NCBI GenBank assembly: GCA_022563115.1
Contig: JADFNY010000001.1
Span: forward strand, 1 to 29,088
Length of the DNA: 29,088 nt
Origin: Acidobacteriota bacterium
GTDB taxonomy: Bacteria > Acidobacteriota > UBA890
Direction of reading: 5' to 3'
Both the position numbers and the translations under genes were made by a program. Shown in pieces: positions 24,733 to 29,088 of the stretch. The notes beneath the pieces are model-generated. The model was not told the origin of the DNA. It saw nothing but the letters and a program-made list of their open reading frames with translations, and made no database searches. How positions within the stretch are numbered: position 1 is the first letter of the stretch; every line of letters begins with the position of its first letter.

Positions 24733-25400
24733 CAGGGCGCCCTTTGCAAGCGGTAGATCGTCAATACCTCGCTGATCAGGTTCTGTCGGGTGACGACGTC
24801 GAGAATGAGGTCGTTGCGGCGAAAAGCCGCGAGGAACGTTGCGCTGTCGCCATCCGAAGAGAGGACCACGAGCGCGTAGCCTCCAGGGGTCAGATGATCC
24901 GGAAGCGCGGCCGCAAAGCGCTCGACAACGTCATCAGAGCGCCAGGCCATCTCGAAGCCATCGTCGGGCCGGCCGCGGAAGTACGGCGGGTTGAACAGCA
25001 CGACGTCGTAACGGCGCCCGTGCACTGGCTCGAAGAGGTCGCCTTCGTAGACAACGATGCGGTCCTCCATCGTGTGGAGCAAAGCGTTGATGCGCGCGCA
25101 GCGCACGGCCTCCGGATTGATGTCCACGGCATCGACGTTCGGGGCCCATTGTGCAGCCAGCAGGGCGCCGATGCCGGTTCCGGTACCCATGTCGAGCACC
25201 CGCGCACGCGGCTGAATCAATGATTCGTTGAGCGTCTCGGAAAGCAACTGGCCGGTGCGGAACAGCCGGGGATTGAAAACGTGCGGCAGCACGACGATGG
25301 AACGCCCGGCCACATGTTCGATCACCATGCGGTTGAGGCGATGGCGCTGAAAGAGCACGAAGCGGCAGCGCAACAACAGCCGCCACAGCGGCCGCAGCAT
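24732..25400 (-). CDS. HemK/PrmC-like methyltransferase (NPPY motif)
   Basis: VFNP, VLDMGTGTG, AVDINPEAVRCARIN, GDLFEPV, DVVLFNPPYF. Start set at the ATG at 25400, 2 bp after the upstream stop. Confidence 0.85.
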   Translation of the reverse strand: MLRPLWRLLLRCRFVLFQRHRLNRMVIEHVAGRSIVVLPHVFNPRLFRTGQLLSETLNESLIQPRARVLDMGTGTGIGALLAAQWAPNVDAVDINPEAVRCARINALLHTMEDRIVVYEGDLFEPVHGRRYDVVLFNPPYFRGRPDDGFEMAWRSDDVVERFAAALPDHLTPGGYALVVLSSDGDSATFLAAFRRNDLILDVVTRQNLISEVLTIYRLQRAP

Positions 25401-25402
25401 GC

Positions 25403-26824
25403 TCAGCGCCGCTCGAAGACGGTCAGGTGGTGAGCACGCTGCGGCTCCACCTGATGTCGCGCCAGGAGCATCCCGAGGCGGCCGAGCCAGGCATTGAAAA
25501 AGGTGATGAGTCGCCTGGTCTGACTGCGCAGACCGTGTCCGTGTTCGCGGCTCAGGGCCACTTCGTTCACCAACCAGCGGATGGCGAATCGGTAGAACAG
25601 TCGCGATCGCCTCCCGGCGACCGTGAGGTCCCGATCTGAGCCTTCTTCCCAGCTCGTTGACGACACGACGCGGTCGGCCACCTGCCGATAGTACTCCGTG
25701 CCTTTGATCGGGTACGCGACGGTGGTGAGAAACGTGTCGGGGGCGGCGGCTTTGAGATAGTCGACCGTCGCTGCGATGTCGGCCGGGGTCTCGCCCTCGT
25801 AGCCGAGCATGATGAAGGTCCCCGCTTCGATCCCGTGGCTTTGGAGCATCCCGATGACCTCGCCCATGCGAGCGGCGTTCGTGCGCCGTTTCATCGCGTC
25901 GAGTATCCGCTGCGAGCCGCTTTCGGCGCCTACCCACAACCGAAAACAACCCATGTCGGCGAGCGTCTGGATGATCTCCTCATCCAATCGATCTTCGCGC
26001 GAGATGGCCTCGAACGGTACTCGCAGCCCGCGTCTCTTCAGCTCGGCCGCGTACTCGAGATTCCAACGATGATGCACCGTAAACACATCGTCGGCGTACC
26101 AGAGCATGTCGGGATGATACGTCTCGACGATCAACTCCACCTCGTCAGCCACGTTCTGCGGTGATCGGCGGCGGTGGGTGAAGCCGAACACGCTGTGGCT
26201 GCACCAGGTGCACTGGTAGGCACAACCTCGGGCGGTGATCAGAGAGACCGCGCTCCTGCCGCGCTCACGACGCCAGGCGTCCAAGTAGCGCTCCATGTCG
26301 ATTGCCCCGCGGTCGGGGAAGGGCTGCCCGTCGAGGTCGTCGAGGGGGCGACGAGCGGGAGTCTCCACGAACTCGCCGTCGGGCGCCCGGAAGGCGATGC
26401 CCGGGATGTGTCCCAGGTTCTGTGGCCCCTGGTCAAGGAGATGCGGGACGAGCTCTTCGAGCGTGAGCTCGCCTTCGCCGCTGACCACCACGTCGGCTCC
26501 GCGGGCCAGATACTCCTCATGGTAGCTATAGGGCTCCGGTCCTCCCAGCACCACGATGGCTCCCTGATCCTTGGCCAGCCGGGTCATGGCGAGCACGTTG
26601 CGGCGGGTCATCAGATTGCCTGAGATGCCGACGATGGGTGGCGTTTCGTCGGCGACGAGGCGGCCGAAGTCGGCGGGATGGTTGAACGTGGTGTCGAAGA
26701 TCTCCACCTCGGTGCCGCGCTGCTTCAGGTGTGATGAGAGGTACAGGAGTCCCAACGGAGGATAGGGATGCTTCTCTGCCGGATCTTCTTCGAGGTGATA
26801 CCCGTGCGTCAGCAGCAGATCCAT
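25403..26824 (-). CDS. Cobalamin-binding radical SAM protein
   Basis: YPPLGLLYLSS, VVLGGPEP, GEGELT, PFPDR, TARGCAYQCTWCSH, ADDVF, WVGAESGSQRILDAM, YPIKGT. Confidence 0.9.
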   Translation of the reverse strand: MDLLLTHGYHLEEDPAEKHPYPPLGLLYLSSHLKQRGTEVEIFDTTFNHPADFGRLVADETPPIVGISGNLMTRRNVLAMTRLAKDQGAIVVLGGPEPYSYHEEYLARGADVVVSGEGELTLEELVPHLLDQGPQNLGHIPGIAFRAPDGEFVETPARRPLDDLDGQPFPDRGAIDMERYLDAWRRERGRSAVSLITARGCAYQCTWCSHSVFGFTHRRRSPQNVADEVELIVETYHPDMLWYADDVFTVHHRWNLEYAAELKRRGLRVPFEAISREDRLDEEIIQTLADMGCFRLWVGAESGSQRILDAMKRRTNAARMGEVIGMLQSHGIEAGTFIMLGYEGETPADIAATVDYLKAAAPDTFLTTVAYPIKGTEYYRQVADRVVSSTSWEEGSDRDLTVAGRRSRLFYRFAIRWLVNEVALSREHGHGLRSQTRRLITFFNAWLGRLGMLLARHQVEPQRAHHLTVFERR

Positions 26825-26839
26825 AGCTCTCTTCGCCCT

Positions 26840-26884
26840 CGAGGCTCGTCGGCCACGCTGCCCCCCGAGCCTCGCTTATTTTTT
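26840..26884 (+). terminator. Intrinsic-terminator-like hairpin with T-tract, oriented antisense to the flanking genes
   Basis: cgaggctcg (26840-26848) / cgagcctcg (26866-26874) form a perfect 9-bp stem, followed by CTTATTTTTT. Confidence 0.45.
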
Positions 26885-26887
26885 ACC

Positions 26888-28303
26888 TCATGACAGCCTG
26901 GGCGCCGGATGCAGCCTCTCGATGAGCATCTGCTCCAGCGGAAGACCGTAGAAGTCGCGCCGGCAACGCCAGCGCGACACCGCCTGCAGCGGCCACCTCC
27001 GCCAGGTTTCCGGGCCCCCAGCAAACCGATTATAGAACTTGAATCGTTCGATCAGCCGGTACTTCTCCGGGCTTACCCAAGGCGCGGCCGAGCCGATGAA
27101 GTCGAACTCCGCCCAGTCTTCCAGGGTCGAGGGCAACTCGTAGCCCGACCGAACCATGTCCTCCGTGATCTGCGAGCCGGGGTAGGGCTTGAAGTAGAAG
27201 AGCGGCGTCTCGAAATGCGGGCTCATCGCCCGCAAGCGTTTCATGAGGCTCACCGTCTCGTCGACGCTCTCGTCGCTCTCTCCGGGAAAGCCGACGATGA
27301 AGGGGAAGATGCCGGCCACCCCATGGCGGACGCACATGTCGGCTGTTTTCAGCACTTGCTCTATGGTGATGTCCTTTTTCATCCAGTCGAGCATTTCTTG
27401 CGAGCCCGACTCGACGCCGACCATTACCCGACGCAGACCTGAACGCACGCAGAGCCTGAATTTTTCTTCATCGAGCCGGACACCCTGGTCGGCGCGGAGC
27501 GTGGCGGTCCAGTCGAACTGGAGACCGCGTTGCAGGAACTGGTGGGCGATCTCCGCCGCGCGGTCCGCATAGGTGAAGAAAGTTTCATCTTGAAACGCCA
27601 GCTCGGTGAAGTGATGGCGCTGCCACAAGGCTTCGATCTCTTCGCCCATCCGCGAGGGAGCCACGGCCGTCCAGCGACGGCCGTAGACGAACGGATCAGC
27701 GCAGAAGGTGCAACGGAAGTAGCAGCCGACCGAAGAAATGTAATCGACTTGACGCTGCGCCTTCAAGCGGAAGTACCGCTCGACCGGAAGCAGCGCGTAG
27801 TTAGCGGCCGGCAGGTCGTCCATGGCGACGATGGGTCGAGGAGGGTTCAGCTTTGCTTCGCCGTCGCGGCGGAAGGCAATGCCCTCCAGCTGGTCCAGGT
27901 CCCCACCACCGGCCACCCTCTCGACCAGCTCGACAAAAGTCGCCTCCCCCTGACCGCGGACGGTGACGTCGACCGAGGGTTCGTTCAGCGTCTCCAGCGG
28001 AAAGAGCGAGGGGTGCCATCCACCCCAGACCACGGGAAGGTCGGGGCGTCGCGCCTTGGCCGCTCGGCTGACCTGCAACGCATCGCGTATGGGGTCGCCG
28101 GTGAGGACGGTAATCCCGAGCAGCAGCGCGCCTTCGATCTCGCGGAGCACCGCTGCCACCGGGTCCGTCTCTAATCGGCCGTCGACGATCAGTACCTCGA
28201 ACTGGCGCTGATCGATGCACGATCCAAGGGCCACGAGTGCCAACGGCATCGTGTAGAACACCGAGCGCGGGTTGTAGAGCACGATCTTCGGTTTGCGGCT
28301 CTG
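26888..28303 (-). CDS. Cobalamin-binding radical SAM protein; start codon uncertain or disrupted
   Basis: KIVLYNP..YTMPLALVALG, VWGGWHPSL, RGQGE, SSVGCYFRCTFC, GVESGS. The expected start position (28303) reads CAG; the nearest in-frame starts are GTG 28282 and ATG 28249. Confidence 0.8.
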   Translation of the reverse strand, partial: QSRKPKIVLYNPRSVFYTMPLALVALGSCIDQRQFEVLIVDGRLETDPVAAVLREIEGALLLGITVLTGDPIRDALQVSRAAKARRPDLPVVWGGWHPSLFPLETLNEPSVDVTVRGQGEATFVELVERVAGGGDLDQLEGIAFRRDGEAKLNPPRPIVAMDDLPAANYALLPVERYFRLKAQRQVDYISSVGCYFRCTFCADPFVYGRRWTAVAPSRMGEEIEALWQRHHFTELAFQDETFFTYADRAAEIAHQFLQRGLQFDWTATLRADQGVRLDEEKFRLCVRSGLRRVMVGVESGSQEMLDWMKKDITIEQVLKTADMCVRHGVAGIFPFIVGFPGESDESVDETVSLMKRLRAMSPHFETPLFYFKPYPGSQITEDMVRSGYELPSTLEDWAEFDFIGSAAPWVSPEKYRLIERFKFYNRFAGGPETWRRWPLQAVSRWRCRRDFYGLPLEQMLIERLHPAPRLS

Positions 28304-29088
28304 TCGGAGCTCTCCGGTGTCGGCACGGCTGCCTCCTGTGGCGTCATCGCCGTCGACAACGAGCCGGCTCGCCGGTCCGAGAGACGCATCAAGCGTTGCA
28401 TCCGGAAGCGCGCGAGCGGCAGTGTGGCCCCGTGGTAGAGAGCGGCCCCGGCGAGCCGGAACGCTCCGCGGTCGAGGCGGGTTGGTCGGCGAAGTGCTCC
28501 GAGCAGCCGACGAGCGGCGCTGCGAGCCCTGAACTCCTTGTGCAGCACACGGTACAACTGCCGGTAGAACTCGGTGGTGTAGGTGCCGACAAACATCATG
28601 TCGAGGTCCTCGGAGTCGATCCAGTTCTGCTTGGGGCCCAGATCCTGCTCCACCATCTGGTAGAACTTGGTGCCGGGGAGCGGATAGGAGACCGACATGC
28701 CGATCTCGTCGGGCCGGCACTCGCGCACCATTCGCAACGTCTTCTCGATATCTCCCCGGTCCTCGCCCGGATAGCCGAACTGCAGAAAGAACCCCACCCG
28801 GATACCCGCGTCGTGCAGCCGTTCGGTCGCCTCGTAGATCTGTTCGACCCGGGTACCCTTGTCCATGGCGTCGAGGATCTTCTGGGAGCCGGACTCGGCG
28901 CCCACCCAGACGTTGTGCGCACCGGCGCGTCGGAACGCGTCGATCTCACCTTCCCGCAGCAGCAGATCGACACGGCTCTGACACTTGAACCCTACCCGGG
29001 CGTCACGGGCTTCCAGCTCGTCCGCGAAACGTGCCATCCAGCCGCCGCGGAGCCCTATGATGTCGTCGGCGAACCAGATGTGATCGGG
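28189..29088 (-). CDS. Cobalamin-binding radical SAM protein, C-terminal part (5' end beyond window)
   Basis: The frame is open to the window edge: PDHIWFADDI, QSRVDL, WVGAESGSQKILDAMDKG, FLQFGYPGE, SYPLPGT. Paralogous to 25403-26824. The B12 domain and CxxxCxxC motif are not visible and are inferred from that paralogy. Confidence 0.8.
   Translation of the reverse strand, partial: PDHIWFADDIIGLRGGWMARFADELEARDARVGFKCQSRVDLLLREGEIDAFRRAGAHNVWVGAESGSQKILDAMDKGTRVEQIYEATERLHDAGIRVGFFLQFGYPGEDRGDIEKTLRMVRECRPDEIGMSVSYPLPGTKFYQMVEQDLGPKQNWIDSEDLDMMFVGTYTTEFYRQLYRVLHKEFRARSAARRLLGALRRPTRLDRGAFRLAGAALYHGATLPLARFRMQRLMRLSDRRAGSLSTAMTPQEAAVPTPESSDRAANRRSCSTTRARCSTRCRWHSWPLDRASISASSRY

Noticed and set aside
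24732-25949. Longer 405-aa call for the HemK-like gene
   Set aside because: The upstream 183 codons overlap the B12 radical SAM gene in another frame. The ATG at 25400, just after that gene's stop, fits better. The same reasoning was applied to the extended calls for hemY, hemE, hemL, hemD, fcl and the 11254 gene.
11254-29088. Assignment of the B12 radical SAMs as BchE, HpnP/HpnJ or GDGT-lipid enzymes
   Set aside because: No bch, squalene-hopene cyclase or ether-lipid genes in the window, and shared motifs are generic to class B radical SAMs. A specific name needs phylogeny.
1-29088. rRNA, tRNA, CRISPR arrays, cobalamin riboswitch, transposase or integrase
   Set aside because: Intergenic gaps are all under about 170 bp and none showed these structures. 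No ORF has transposase or integrase motifs. A covariance-model search was not possible.

Overview
GC-rich bacterial window (about 65-70% GC by hand-counting sample lines) with two linked modules. (1) 599-11197, minus strand: a complete glutamate-to-heme pathway, hemH-hemA-hemC-hemD-hemB-hemL-hemE-hemN-hemY. hemA through hemE are joined by 4-nt stop/start overlaps. (2) 11254 to the right edge: an uncharacterised tailoring cluster containing four cobalamin-binding radical SAM enzymes (two paralog pairs), two SPASM/twitch radical SAM enzymes, four SAM methyltransferases (2 FkbM, a Trm112-like fusion, a HemK-like NPPY enzyme), a PIG-L deacetylase, a GNAT, GT4, GT2 and GT-C-like glycosyltransferases, and a GDP-fucose synthase with no gmd in view. 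One B12 radical SAM gene is coupled to fcl and ends 56 bp upstream of hemH on the same strand. The cluster could make a methylated surface glycoconjugate/glycolipid or a tailored tetrapyrrole; the sequence alone cannot decide. Signs of rearrangement: a 28-bp inverted-repeat element, an inverted relic of an FkbM paralog beside a low-GC FkbM/GT2 cassette, and an anomalous start/stop junction near 28302. A partial SDR lies at the left edge. No rRNA, tRNA, CRISPR array or transposase was recognised.
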